Under the pieces are notes generated by a model. The model was not told the origin of the DNA. It made no database searches and was given only the letters and a program-made list of their open reading frames with translations. This document shows, piece after piece, positions 26,184 to 36,035 of a stretch of DNA of 64,000 nucleotides. A program made the position numbers and the translations under genes. Numbering within the stretch: position 1 is the first letter of the stretch; each line of letters opens with the position of its first letter. The DNA is taken from the NCBI GenBank assembly GCA_964517115.1, contig CAZFBE010000002.1, positions 6,862 to 70,861 of the forward strand, read 5' to 3'. This DNA is from an uncultured bacterium. GTDB taxonomy: Bacteria; UBP7; UBA6624.

Positions 26184-27775
26184 TTTTTAACCCTTACACA
26201 GTTTTTCCCTTCAGATTTTGCAACATACAAACATTCATCAGCAACAGATATTATTTCATTTAGAGTATTTCCACTTTCAGGATATGTTGCAACTCCTATC
26301 GAGACTGTGAAGTTGATTTTTTCATCATCATTTACTGGAATTGATATATTTTGAATTTCTTTCAATAGTTTTTCAGCTGCTTTTTCTGTATTTTTGGAGT
26401 CAGACTCGAGTAAAAGGAGCATGAATTCTTCACCACCGTAGCGTCCTGACAAATCTCCTGCTCTTGATCTTTTTTGAATGTATTCGGCAAGGTTTTTCAA
26501 AACCTCATCACCAATTTGATGTCCATAAGTGTCATTAATTTCTTTGAAATTATCAACATCAAGCATCATTATGCTAAAGGTTCCTTCATATCTTTTTGAT
26601 CTTTCAAGTTCAATGTTTCCTAGCTCAAAAAATCTCCTTCTGTTGAGGAGGTTTGTTAAGCTGTCTGTTTGTGCTAGAAGTCTTAACTCTTCTTGTAAGT
26701 TTTTATTTTCCAGTATCCTTGAAAAATCTTTTGCTGCAACTTCGAAGAAGGTGTTGTCACGATTGTTAAATGATGATGAAGCTGATTTCATTAAAGCCAA
26801 AAATCCTACCCTTGAGTTTCTTTCAAAAAGATGTGTAATGATCATGCTTTTGGGTCGAATGTCTTCGACAACTGCCTTTGGCTCTTTCGGAAACTGGAAT
26901 AAACCTTCGGGAAAATTTGTTTTTGAAACTTTTGCTATATCTTCCCAATTAAAAGGACTTAAGGAATTGCGATTCTTTTTTTTCTTGAATATGTTCAAAA
27001 GAGCGTCTAGCAGCTCCGGGTCATGTGTATTTGATTGAGATATTAATGTTTCAGCTGTTTTTTTAGAAAATCTCAGAAAGTGATCTGGATTTTTTTCTAG
27101 TTTAATTTCTTTGTTCTTGTTGGAATAAAACATTATTGCGTAGTCGGCATCCAGTGCTTCATATAATTTTTCTAAAAATATTTCAGCTAAATCTTCTGGT
27201 GAATTTGTCATTTCTGAAATGTTTTTAAGCAAGGAGAGTTCAGCAACCTGCCTTTCAAAATGCTCTCTAAAAACAGAATGATATCTTTTTAAGGTTTCAT
27301 TAAATATTATTTCAAGTTTTTCTTTTTTAAGGTGAATGTCAAAAGCCTCTTTTTCCTCTTTGGAAAGTAAGTTTTTGAAAGTTTTTACACATTTCCAAAA
27401 TGCTTTGTCAATATTTGAAGGATCTATGTCTTTCTCAATCCAGTAATCAAAGTTTTTTTTAATTAGTATTGTTACCTGGTTATCCTTCATTGAGAGGATT
27501 GTTCTGTCAAAAGATGAAAAAACACCAAAAATAAAATCTCCCAATAACTGCCTGATGGATTCAATTGAGTTTTCAGGAAATAAATCTGAGAATTCTTTTG
27601 GAGGCTTGCTTGTAAACTCAATTAGATATTTTCTTAAAATCGTTCTAAGAAAATCATATTTATATTCAATATTTTTTTTCACTTGTAATAATTTTATAGG
27701 TTGTAATGCTCTTATTAGGATAGAATTGCTTTTATTCTGACGCGGGGTGGAGCAGTGGTAGCTTGTCGGGCTCAT
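26180..27775 (-). CDS. GGDEF diguanylate cyclase with a 350-aa N-terminal sensory region. The start is uncertain because the ATG at 27775 is the antisense of the tRNA-fMet anticodon.
   Basis: LTNLLNRRRFFE..DVDNFKEINDTYGHQIGDEVL..RYGGEEFMLLL (GGEEF active site). The first 35 nt of the ORF overlap tRNA-fMet on the other strand. Confidence 0.75.
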   Translation of the reverse strand: MSPTSYHCSTPRQNKSNSILIRALQPIKLLQVKKNIEYKYDFLRTILRKYLIEFTSKPPKEFSDLFPENSIESIRQLLGDFIFGVFSSFDRTILSMKDNQVTILIKKNFDYWIEKDIDPSNIDKAFWKCVKTFKNLLSKEEKEAFDIHLKKEKLEIIFNETLKRYHSVFREHFERQVAELSLLKNISEMTNSPEDLAEIFLEKLYEALDADYAIMFYSNKNKEIKLEKNPDHFLRFSKKTAETLISQSNTHDPELLDALLNIFKKKKNRNSLSPFNWEDIAKVSKTNFPEGLFQFPKEPKAVVEDIRPKSMIITHLFERNSRVGFLALMKSASSSFNNRDNTFFEVAAKDFSRILENKNLQEELRLLAQTDSLTNLLNRRRFFELGNIELERSKRYEGTFSIMMLDVDNFKEINDTYGHQIGDEVLKNLAEYIQKRSRAGDLSGRYGGEEFMLLLLESDSKNTEKAAEKLLKEIQNISIPVNDDEKINFTVSIGVATYPESGNTLNEIISVADECLYVAKSEGKNCVRVKK

Positions 27776-27815
27776 AACCCGAAGGTCGCAGGTTCGAATC
27801 CTGCCCCCGCACCCA
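27741..27815 (+). tRNA. Initiator tRNA-fMet, anticodon CAT
   Basis: CGCGGGGTGGAGCAGTGGTAGCTTGTCGGGCTCATAACCCGAAGGTCGCAGGTTCGAATCCTGCCCCCGCACCCA is near-identical in outline to E. coli tRNA-fMet. It has the C1xA72 mismatch and three G-C pairs in the anticodon stem. Confidence 0.8.
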
Positions 27816-27821
27816 GGTTTT

Positions 27822-27895
27822 GGCAGCGTAGCTCAGCTGGTTAGAGCGTCCGGCTCATACCCGGGAGGTCCTCGGTTCAAGTCCGAGCGCTGCTA
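27822..27895 (+). tRNA. tRNA with a CAT anticodon: elongator tRNA-Met or tRNA-Ile2 (lysidine)
   Basis: GGCAGCGTAGCTCAGCTGGTTAGAGCGTCCGGCTCATACCCGGGAGGTCCTCGGTTCAAGTCCGAGCGCTGCTA. The T-loop TTCAAGTCC resembles Ile2-type tRNAs and the gene lies immediately upstream of tilS. Identity cannot be settled by eye. Confidence 0.65.
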
Positions 27896-27909
27896 TTTGC
27901 CTAAAGAGT

Positions 27910-28851
27910 ATGGATAAGTTGTTAAAAAAAATCAAAGATAACATTCTTGAAAAAAAATTAATAAATAGCGGTGATAAGGTTTTAATTGCATGGTCTGGAG
28001 GGCCCGATTCAACAGCTTTGCTTTCTATCTTGAAGAATCTGAGAGATGATTTGGATTTTCACATAGAGGCTTTTTATTTCAATCATGATTCAAGAGAGGA
28101 TTCTTCCCAAGAACAAGCATTTGTTGAACTTTTTTCTGAAAAGCATTTAATTAAACTTCATATCTCAAAGTCAAGAAAAAAAACTATTGGCCAAGGTCCT
28201 GAGGACACATGGAGGAAAGAAAGGTATTCTGCAATTGAAAAAATTATTCAAAAAGACAAGTTTGACAAGGTTGCAACAGGTCACACCCTTGATGACAATT
28301 TGGAAACCTTGTTGATTAGGTTAGGTAGAGGTTCTGGACTAGAAGGCATCAAGGGCATCCCGCTTAGGAGGGATTACTTCATAAGGCCTCTTTTGAACGT
28401 GACTAGAGAATACTTGATGACCTATTTGGAAAAAAATGATCTTGAGTGGTACAAAGATCCTTCAAATGAGAATAACTTGATCAGAGCTTCTTTGAGGAAG
28501 GAGGTTATTCCAGCGTTGAAAAAAACCTGGGATAGGTATTGGCCAGCAGGTCCTGAAAAAAGTTTATCAATCTTGGCTGAGGAAAACCAGTCTTTAAACG
28601 TCCTTTCAAATGATTTGTTGAGAATTTATTTAAATGAGAAAGGTTTGAATAGGGAAGTTTTTAATCTTCCGCCAGCAATTTCGCTGAGAGTTATAAAAAA
28701 TTGGCTGTATTCAATTGGCGTAAATCCTCCTGGCGGAGCATTGGAAAGAGTTTTGAATGAAGGGAGAAATAAAAAGAAGACATTTATTGAAGGTCCTTCG
28801 TGGTTCAGAATCGAAATTACGAATGATAATATTGTTTATGTTGGAGAGTGA
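27910..28851 (+). CDS. tilS: tRNA(Ile)-lysidine synthetase (short form)
   Basis: 313 aa with the PP-loop VLIAWSGGPDSTAL. Confidence 0.85.
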   Translation: MDKLLKKIKDNILEKKLINSGDKVLIAWSGGPDSTALLSILKNLRDDLDFHIEAFYFNHDSREDSSQEQAFVELFSEKHLIKLHISKSRKKTIGQGPEDTWRKERYSAIEKIIQKDKFDKVATGHTLDDNLETLLIRLGRGSGLEGIKGIPLRRDYFIRPLLNVTREYLMTYLEKNDLEWYKDPSNENNLIRASLRKEVIPALKKTWDRYWPAGPEKSLSILAEENQSLNVLSNDLLRIYLNEKGLNREVFNLPPAISLRVIKNWLYSIGVNPPGGALERVLNEGRNKKKTFIEGPSWFRIEITNDNIVYVGE

Positions 28852-28881
28852 TTTTTTGTTTAGAATATATTTTCTTCTTTT

Positions 28882-30723
28882 ATGAAAAAGAAAAAAAAGA
28901 ACAATCATCAACCTTCCCCAAGGTCACTTTTGATATTGGCGTTCCTCTTTTTTGGAACAATGATTTTTTTTAGCCTTTTTGAAACTTCAGAAGAAACAAC
29001 CCAAAGTCAATTTTTTTCCTATCTTGAAGAAGGTTCTGTAGAAGATGTTTCCATAGATACAAGTTCAAATTCTGTAAACTATAAAATCTTTGATGACGAT
29101 AAGGATTATTTTTCAAGAGTTATATTGAGTGATTCTTTGCTTGAGGAAATTAATTCAAATGTATCTGAGGTAAAAGTTAAACCCAAGAGTTGGGGAGAAA
29201 GTGTTAATCCTTTTGTATGGTTTGCACTTTCAATAGGCATAACCGTATTGATTTTTATTCTCTTGATTCGAAAAATGGGAGGAGGTGGAGACCCGACTTC
29301 TTTCGGTCAGTCAAAAGCAAAATCAATTACTAGTGAAAAAACTAAAACAAAATTCAGCGATGTTGCTGGGTTAGAAGAGCCAAAAAATGAATTACAAGAG
29401 ATTGTTTCTTTCTTGAAAAACCCAGCACCATTTAAAAAATTAGGTGCAAAACCAACTAAAGGTGTTTTGCTTACAGGGCCTCCGGGATGCGGTAAAACAT
29501 TGTTAGCAAAAGCTGTTGCTGGAGAGGCGAAGGTCCCTTTCTTTCTTTCAAGTGGTAGCGAATTTGTAGAACTTTTTGTTGGGGTGGGGGCATCAAGAGT
29601 TAGAAGTTTGTTTGAGAAAGCAAAAGCTGCTGGTAGTGCTCTTATTTTTCTTGATGAAATAGATGCTGTTGGAAGGCAAAGAGGTGCTGGGATGGGTGGT
29701 GGTCATGATGAGAGAGAACAGACTTTGAATCAAATCTTAATAGAGATGGATGGATTTGAATCGCATAATAATATAGTTGTTATAGCAGCAACAAATAGGC
29801 CAGATATTTTAGACCCTGCGTTAATAAGGTCTGGACGTTTTGACAGAAAGATAAAGGTAAATTTGCCAACTGTAAAATCAAGAGAAGAGATATTAAAAGT
29901 TCATTCTGTTGGAAAGCCTTTTGAAAAAAGTATAAGCCTTAAGCACATAGCACAAAGGACTCCTGGTTTTTCCGGAGCCGATCTCGAGAATCTTCTAAAC
30001 GAGTCTGCTTTGTTAGCTGCGAGAGGTAAGGCTAAAAAAATAAAACAAGAACATTTGGCCGAAGCTGTTGAGAGGGTTGCGATGGGTCCTCAGCGTAAAT
30101 CTTTGATCATCTCAGAAAAAGAAAAGAAAACTGTTGCTTGGCATGAATCGGGTCATGCTATTGTTTCTTATCTTTTTGGCTCAACGGTTCACAAAATTAC
30201 GATTATTCCAAGATCTGAAGCTCTTGGTTATGTTTGGAATACTGACTCTGAAGAAGATACAGACAAAGCCTTACAAACAAAAAAAGACCTTTTAGATGAG
30301 ATGGCTATTTGTTTGGCAGGTAGAGCTGCTGAAAAGATTACTTTTAAGGAAATTACAAACGGTGCTAGTTCTGACATAAAGAGAGTTACTAGCATTGCTA
30401 GGTCTATGGTTCGAAATTGGGGCATGAGCGAAAAGATAGGCCCGGTTGACTATGAGTATGATCAAGCTCCATTTTTGGGAAGAGGTTTTTCAATGCAGAA
30501 AAACCATTCAGATGCAACTGAAGAAGAGATAGATCGACAAGTTCTTTCTTTGATTAACTGCTCACAAGATAAAGCTGAAAGTTTGCTTTTGAAGCATAAA
30601 GATGCTTTAGACAGTCTTGCAAATATATTATTGGAAAAAGAATCAATAGACAGGGAAGATTTTGAGAAATTGATGAAGGGTTTAAAGGTTCAAAGTAGGC
30701 AAAAAAATAAAAAAAGTGATTAG
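28882..30723 (+). CDS. ftsH: ATP-dependent zinc metalloprotease FtsH
   Basis: 613 aa. N-terminal TM plus periplasmic region, AAA motif GPPGCGKTLLAKAVAGEA, second region of homology and the HEXGH-type site (AWHESGHAIV). Confidence 0.9.
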   Translation: MKKKKKNNHQPSPRSLLILAFLFFGTMIFFSLFETSEETTQSQFFSYLEEGSVEDVSIDTSSNSVNYKIFDDDKDYFSRVILSDSLLEEINSNVSEVKVKPKSWGESVNPFVWFALSIGITVLIFILLIRKMGGGGDPTSFGQSKAKSITSEKTKTKFSDVAGLEEPKNELQEIVSFLKNPAPFKKLGAKPTKGVLLTGPPGCGKTLLAKAVAGEAKVPFFLSSGSEFVELFVGVGASRVRSLFEKAKAAGSALIFLDEIDAVGRQRGAGMGGGHDEREQTLNQILIEMDGFESHNNIVVIAATNRPDILDPALIRSGRFDRKIKVNLPTVKSREEILKVHSVGKPFEKSISLKHIAQRTPGFSGADLENLLNESALLAARGKAKKIKQEHLAEAVERVAMGPQRKSLIISEKEKKTVAWHESGHAIVSYLFGSTVHKITIIPRSEALGYVWNTDSEEDTDKALQTKKDLLDEMAICLAGRAAEKITFKEITNGASSDIKRVTSIARSMVRNWGMSEKIGPVDYEYDQAPFLGRGFSMQKNHSDATEEEIDRQVLSLINCSQDKAESLLLKHKDALDSLANILLEKESIDREDFEKLMKGLKVQSRQKNKKSD

Positions 30724-30764
30724 AATTCTTTGATGCTATTTAAGGAAAAATTGGAAGTTAAAAA

Positions 30765-31160
30765 TTGATGGCTGATAATTTTCAGGCAACCGTCCAATTT
30801 TCAGGAGTTCTTTTGTTTTTCTTTGGGGCTGTAGGCTTTGGTGTTATTTCCCTTTTCATGAATCAGATTACTGGGGGAAGGTTTCCTTCTCCATCTAAAT
30901 TAAGCACTTACGAATGTGGTAATGATCCTCATCTAGATGCTGACATTCCTTTTAATTTTAGATTTGCTGTCATTGCTGTAATTTTCCTTTTATTTGAAAT
31001 TGAATTGGTTTTCTTTTTGCCTTGGGCTGTAAGTTTTAGAAATTTGCTTTTTACAACAGGTTGGCCAGCTTTTTTTGAAATGATAACGTTTTTTTCCATA
31101 CTGGTAATAGCGTTTGTTTATGTTTGGAGAAAAGGTGGTTTGGAGTGGGATAGAACCTAG
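30765..31160 (+). CDS. nuoA: NADH-quinone oxidoreductase subunit A
   Basis: 131 aa with three TM helices. YECGNDP and LLFEIELVFFLPWAV are present. Confidence 0.85.
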   Translation: MMADNFQATVQFSGVLLFFFGAVGFGVISLFMNQITGGRFPSPSKLSTYECGNDPHLDADIPFNFRFAVIAVIFLLFEIELVFFLPWAVSFRNLLFTTGWPAFFEMITFFSILVIAFVYVWRKGGLEWDRT

Positions 31161-31171
31161 GAGGATAGATT

Positions 31172-31642
31172 ATGAGTCAAGAACCTTATATGTTAGCTAA
31201 GTTGGATGATTTGCTTGGATGGTGCAGGAAGAATAGTTTATGGCCTATGACTTTTGGTCTTGCTTGTTGTGCTATCGAGATGATGTCAATTGGTGATACT
31301 AAATACGATGTTGACAGGATGGGTGTTGTTTTCAGGGCGAGTCCTAGACAGTCTGACGTGATGATTGTTTCTGGCACCGTCACTTACAAAATGGCTCCTT
31401 TGCTCAAGCGACTTTATGATCAGATGCCTGAGCCTAAATATGTTATTTCAATGGGTTCTTGTGCAAACTCTGGAGGAATTTACAAAGATGCTTATTCTGT
31501 TGTTAATGGTGTTGACCAGGTTGTTCCAGTAGATGTTTATGTTCCTGGTTGTCCACCTCGTCCAGAAGCCTTGATATATGCAATAACAAAATTACAAGAA
31601 AAAATAGAAAAGGAGAAACTAATTTCAGATCGTGTTGCATGA
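31172..31642 (+). CDS. nuoB: NADH-quinone oxidoreductase subunit B
   Basis: The N2 cluster ligands [15 protein letters not shown] and [11 protein letters not shown] are present. Confidence 0.9.
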   Translation: MSQEPYMLAKLDDLLGWCRKNSLWPMTFGLACCAIEMMSIGDTKYDVDRMGVVFRASPRQSDVMIVSGTVTYKMAPLLKRLYDQMPEPKYVISMGSCANSGGIYKDAYSVVNGVDQVVPVDVYVPGCPPRPEALIYAITKLQEKIEKEKLISDRVA

Positions 31643-32210
31643 TAAAAAATTATTTCTAAAAAAACTAGAAAGTTTTTTTGACGAATATGGGGAACTAAGA
31701 GGTCAACTAATTTTTATTGTTGACAGATCGAAGGTTCTTGAATGTTTGTCATTGTTAAAGAACGATAAAGATTTGGATTTTGATATGCTACATGATTTAA
31801 CTTGCAATCAAAAAAAGAAAGGTTTGGAGTTGATTTACCAAATGCACAGTACTAAAAATTCATATTGGATTACTATAAAATCTTTAATTCCTTCTGAATC
31901 TCTGATTGCACCTTCTGTAACACCTCTTTTCGCTGCTGCAGATTGGCATGAAAGAGAGGCTTTTGATATGTTTGGTTTAAAGTTTAATGATCATCCTGAC
32001 CTTAGGAGAATATTGCTTCCTGATGATTGGGAGGGCTTTCCTTTAAACAAAGAATATCCACTTGGTGGCTTCAAGGATATTAAACCTATTTGGGCTTATG
32101 AAGAGGCAGAGGATTTACAAAATTTACCAGAGAGAGATCTTTTAGATTCTCCAATAATGAAACCAGAAAAAAAGAAAAAGAAACTAAAGATTATTAAAGA
32201 AGATGAGTGA
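31632..32210 (+). CDS. nuoC: NADH-quinone oxidoreductase subunit C (Lys-rich C-terminal tail)
   Basis: [27 protein letters not shown]; the tail reads [16 protein letters not shown]. Confidence 0.85.
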   Translation: MLHDKKLFLKKLESFFDEYGELRGQLIFIVDRSKVLECLSLLKNDKDLDFDMLHDLTCNQKKKGLELIYQMHSTKNSYWITIKSLIPSESLIAPSVTPLFAAADWHEREAFDMFGLKFNDHPDLRRILLPDDWEGFPLNKEYPLGGFKDIKPIWAYEEAEDLQNLPERDLLDSPIMKPEKKKKKLKIIKEDE

Positions 32211-33351
32211 AGCTAAAGATTTTTTGACAACAAAGACAGGTACTCTTTTGGAGCAGGAGTCAGAAGATAGATTTTGGCTCAACATGGGTCCGCAGCATCC
32301 TTCAACACATGGTGTTTTCAGAATTTTATTGGAAACAGAAGGAGAGGTGGTAAAGAATGTGAAGCCGATCATTGGATATCTACATCGAGGAGTTGAGAAG
32401 ATATCAGAAAACAGAGAGTGGATGGGAGCTCTTCCACTAACTGACAGGATGGATTATCTTGGTGCTATGTCAAACAATATGGCATTAACTCTCCCAGTCG
32501 AAAAATTGATGGAGATAGATGTTCCAAGAAGAGCACAATGGTTGAGGGTTTTGGCTCTAGAGACAAATAGGCTTGCTAGCCATTTGTTGTTTTATGGAAC
32601 ACTTGGTTTGGACCTTGGTGCACTTACTCCTTTCTTTTTTGCTTTTAGGCAAAGGGAAATTGCTCAGTATTTGTTGGAGCTTCTTTCTGGGCAGAGGATT
32701 ACTTTTAATTACATAAGATATGGCGGCGTTAGAGGAGATATCACACCGCAGATAGAAAGAGAATTTAGAAATTTTATTTCAGGATTCAAGCCAGCTTTTA
32801 AAGAGATGTGGGATCTTGTAGAGGGAAATGAAATATTTCGTTCAAGGGTTATTGGTGTGGGTAAATCTGATAGTGATTTGCTTATAAGATATGGTGTTAC
32901 CGGACCAATACTTAGAGCAACGGGTGTTAAGAGAGATTTGAGAAAAGATATCCCTTACGCTGCTTATGACGAATTTGATTTTAATGTTGTGACACATGAC
33001 AAAGGAGATACTTATTCGAGATGGATTTGTAGATATCATGAAATGGGAGAGTCTCTCAAGATAATTGAGCAATGTTTGGACGGCATGCCTGATGGGCCCT
33101 ATATTAAAAAAATGCCATTCTTTTTCAAGCCTCCACAAGGTGAAATTTATTCTGCAATAGATACTCCTCGCGGAGATTTGGGTGTTTATATTGTTTCTGA
33201 TGGAAGCAGATTTCCTTACAGGATAAGATACAGAGCTCCATCTTTTTGCAATCTTTCAGTTTTGCCAGAACTCTTGTACGGGCAGCTTATTGGGGATGTC
33301 ATAGCTATCCTTGGGTCATTTGATCCTGTATTTGGTGAGGTTGACAGATGA
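32203..33351 (+). CDS. nuoD: NADH-quinone oxidoreductase subunit D
   Basis: NMGPQHPSTHGVFR, YLHRGVEK and the C-terminal DRVDR-like end are present. Confidence 0.9.
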   Translation: MSEAKDFLTTKTGTLLEQESEDRFWLNMGPQHPSTHGVFRILLETEGEVVKNVKPIIGYLHRGVEKISENREWMGALPLTDRMDYLGAMSNNMALTLPVEKLMEIDVPRRAQWLRVLALETNRLASHLLFYGTLGLDLGALTPFFFAFRQREIAQYLLELLSGQRITFNYIRYGGVRGDITPQIEREFRNFISGFKPAFKEMWDLVEGNEIFRSRVIGVGKSDSDLLIRYGVTGPILRATGVKRDLRKDIPYAAYDEFDFNVVTHDKGDTYSRWICRYHEMGESLKIIEQCLDGMPDGPYIKKMPFFFKPPQGEIYSAIDTPRGDLGVYIVSDGSRFPYRIRYRAPSFCNLSVLPELLYGQLIGDVIAILGSFDPVFGEVDR

Positions 33352-34712
33352 AGATCTTGAATTGGAGAGTTAGAAATGTCCCTGTTGGGAAGATTACTGT
33401 TCTTCTTTTTGGGATTGCTTTTTTTCTCTTCATTGCCTGGCAAGCTTGGGCTTTTACAGATTACTGGTCATTTGAGCCTGTTTTTGATTCAATCAGAAAT
33501 GCTTTTTTAGATTTAAGGAAGAATTTTGGTGGACCTGGCCAGATGCCAATGGGTTTATACAACACCATAATCCTCACTTTAAAGTTGTTAGGTGTATTGG
33601 TCGTTTTGCTTTTAGTTGGAGCATATTCGACTTATGTGGAAAGAAAAATATTGGCTTTTATGCAAGATAGACTTGGTCCAACTCGCGTTGGTCCAAGAGG
33701 AATCCTTCAGCCAATTGCAGATGGTCTAAAACTACTTCAAAAAGAATGCATTGTTCCCTTGGGTGCTGATGCAAACTTTCATTATTTAGCACCTGTTATA
33801 TGTTTTATACCCGCACTTATGGGTGCAGTTCTTATCCCTTTTGGAAAAGGCATGATTCCTGTTGATCTAAACGTTGGGATTCTTTATTTTTTTGCCTTAG
33901 GTGCATTTGGTGAGTTGGGTATATTTTTAGCTGCATGGGGCTCTAATAATAAGTATTCAGCAATTGCTGGATTCAGAGCTGTTGCACAATTGGTTAGTTA
34001 TGAAATTCCAATGGCTTTTGCAATAATGTCCGTTGTTCTTCTTTCTGGCAGTTTGAAGATTAGTGATATTATTAATGCTCAAGTTGATGGACTTACTGCA
34101 CATGGGGGTTTAGGTTTTCCCATCTGGTTTATAGTTCCTCAGTTTTTGGGTTTTCTCATTTTCTTTTTAAGCGCTGTTGCTGAAACAAACCGTACCCCTT
34201 TTGACCTTGCTGAGGCAGAGTCTGAATTGGTTAGTGGTTTTCATACAGAATATACAGGCTTAAGATGGGCTTTCTTCTTCCTTGCTGAATATGTAAATAT
34301 ATTTATTGGAGCTGCAATAATTGCCACAATGTATTTGGGTGGATATGCTGGACCAGAGCTTCCATTCTTGGGAATCACTCTTTCGTCTGTTTTCTGGTTC
34401 TGCTTCAAGGTCTTTTTGATTTTCTTCATTATTGTTTGGTTGCGTGGAACCCTCCCACGACTAAGGGTTGACCAGTTAATGATGACTTGCTGGAAACGAT
34501 TGATTCCCATCTCTATGGCAAACTTCTTACTTACGGGTATTTTTGTTTTTGCAAATACGGTAAGGCTGACTCCCCAATTATGGACAGTTCATTTGGAGAA
34601 TAGCGCTTACACATCGATTGCGGCCCTGGTTGGAATATTAGTGCTTATGTTTGGCTTGGCTTGGTATTTTGCAAGAGACTTGATGAAGCCCTTAAAGGAG
34701 AGAGAAACATGA
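33348..34712 (+). CDS. nuoH: NADH-quinone oxidoreductase subunit H. It has a roughly 60-aa N-terminal extension relative to typical NuoH if the ATGA-coupled start is used.
   Basis: YVERKILAFMQDRLGPTRVGPRGILQPIADGLKL and the conserved TM topology are present. Confidence 0.85.
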   Translation: MKILNWRVRNVPVGKITVLLFGIAFFLFIAWQAWAFTDYWSFEPVFDSIRNAFLDLRKNFGGPGQMPMGLYNTIILTLKLLGVLVVLLLVGAYSTYVERKILAFMQDRLGPTRVGPRGILQPIADGLKLLQKECIVPLGADANFHYLAPVICFIPALMGAVLIPFGKGMIPVDLNVGILYFFALGAFGELGIFLAAWGSNNKYSAIAGFRAVAQLVSYEIPMAFAIMSVVLLSGSLKISDIINAQVDGLTAHGGLGFPIWFIVPQFLGFLIFFLSAVAETNRTPFDLAEAESELVSGFHTEYTGLRWAFFFLAEYVNIFIGAAIIATMYLGGYAGPELPFLGITLSSVFWFCFKVFLIFFIIVWLRGTLPRLRVDQLMMTCWKRLIPISMANFLLTGIFVFANTVRLTPQLWTVHLENSAYTSIAALVGILVLMFGLAWYFARDLMKPLKERET

Positions 34713-35443
34713 ATGTTCAGCTAGAGACAATCACAAACATTTCAATGATTTTTGCCATTGTGATGTTTATCATTTTGATGTTGTTCGCTTTTGTTGTTAT
34801 AAGGTCTAGTGCAACTGGAATCAAAGGTGGCTTGAGGTTGGTTTTGGAGAAGTTTTTAAGAAACTTTGAGCAAAATGATACTCTTGAATATCCAGGGAAT
34901 GATCGGGTGATGAGTCATAGGTGGAGAGGTAGATTTGTTCAAATGATTGACGAAAAAGGAAGAATGCGTTGTGATGCTTGTCAGCTCTGTGCTCAAGCTT
35001 GTCCAGACAACCTTATAGAAGTGCTTCCTGAAGGAAAAGGAAGGGACAAAAGGCCAAGAGTCTATACTTTGAATTATGCCGCTTGTCACAATTGTGGTTT
35101 TTGTGTTGATATTTGTCCGAGTGATGCAATAAGATTTTCTAGGGATTTTGAGACTGCAACTTACGACAGAACAGATGCGTTTAGTCATAACGACAATGAA
35201 TCTCTCGTTTTCAACCTAGAAGATCTTGTTGCTTTTGAATCATCAGTTTATCCTGAGCTTTTTGATGCAAGTTCTCCTGGAGATGTTGCTGATAGCTTGG
35301 GTTACTTTAAACAAAAAAATATTTTCCAAGCAGATACTTATGAAGGTTATGAGCCAATGGACGAAGATGCATTGAAGATTGTTGAAGAAACTGTTCATGA
35401 AAATGAAGAAAAGGATTATGAGATACCAGAAATAGATGAATAA
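34709..35443 (+). CDS. nuoI: NADH-quinone oxidoreductase subunit I. Start revised to ATG 34709 (ATGA overlap with the nuoH stop, AAGGAG 6 nt upstream). It has an N-terminal TM helix and an acidic C-terminal tail.
   Basis: Two 4Fe-4S motifs, CDACQLCAQACP and CHNCGFCVDICP. The tail reads VHENEEKDYEIPEIDE. Confidence 0.85.
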   Translation: MNVQLETITNISMIFAIVMFIILMLFAFVVIRSSATGIKGGLRLVLEKFLRNFEQNDTLEYPGNDRVMSHRWRGRFVQMIDEKGRMRCDACQLCAQACPDNLIEVLPEGKGRDKRPRVYTLNYAACHNCGFCVDICPSDAIRFSRDFETATYDRTDAFSHNDNESLVFNLEDLVAFESSVYPELFDASSPGDVADSLGYFKQKNIFQADTYEGYEPMDEDALKIVEETVHENEEKDYEIPEIDE

Positions 35444-36035
35444 TTTTGATTTGACTCCTTATGTTCCATGGATATGGTTTAGCTTTTTTGGGCTTTTTAC
35501 TTTGATTATGGCTATTGGTGTTGTTTTTCATAGAAAAATTGTTTATAACGCTGTTTTTTTGGCAATGAGTTTACTTGGAACTGCTGCTCTTTATATAACC
35601 CTAAATGCTGATTTCTTGGGGATAGTTCAAATATTGCTTTACTTGGGAGGGATCATTGTTTTAGTTCTTTTCTCAATTTTGTTAACCAGGGGTGAGGAGA
35701 GAGGTTCCGAGTATGTAAACAGAAACAAACAGAACATTTGGGCTTTTACCTCCATCTTAGGTTTGTCAATATGGATAGGCACTCAGTTCTGGAAGGTTCA
35801 ATGGCCTGATGCTAATAGGAATTTGGCTGCAAATCACTGGGAAAGATATTCTGAAATTGCATCAATAAAAACATTACCACAAATTTTAAACAGGACTGTT
35901 CCTGTAGAAGCTATTGGAGATGGCTTAATGAAGCCTTATTTGTTGATCTTCGAATTAGCAAGTATTGTTCTTCTTATTGCCATGGTTGGTGTTGTCATAT
36001 ATATGAAACCAGAGAAGGTTGATGGAGATGTTTAA
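35436..36035 (+). CDS. nuoJ: NADH-quinone oxidoreductase subunit J
   Basis: 199 aa multi-TM protein positioned between nuoI and nuoK. Confidence 0.75.
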   Translation: MNNFDLTPYVPWIWFSFFGLFTLIMAIGVVFHRKIVYNAVFLAMSLLGTAALYITLNADFLGIVQILLYLGGIIVLVLFSILLTRGEERGSEYVNRNKQNIWAFTSILGLSIWIGTQFWKVQWPDANRNLAANHWERYSEIASIKTLPQILNRTVPVEAIGDGLMKPYLLIFELASIVLLIAMVGVVIYMKPEKVDGDV

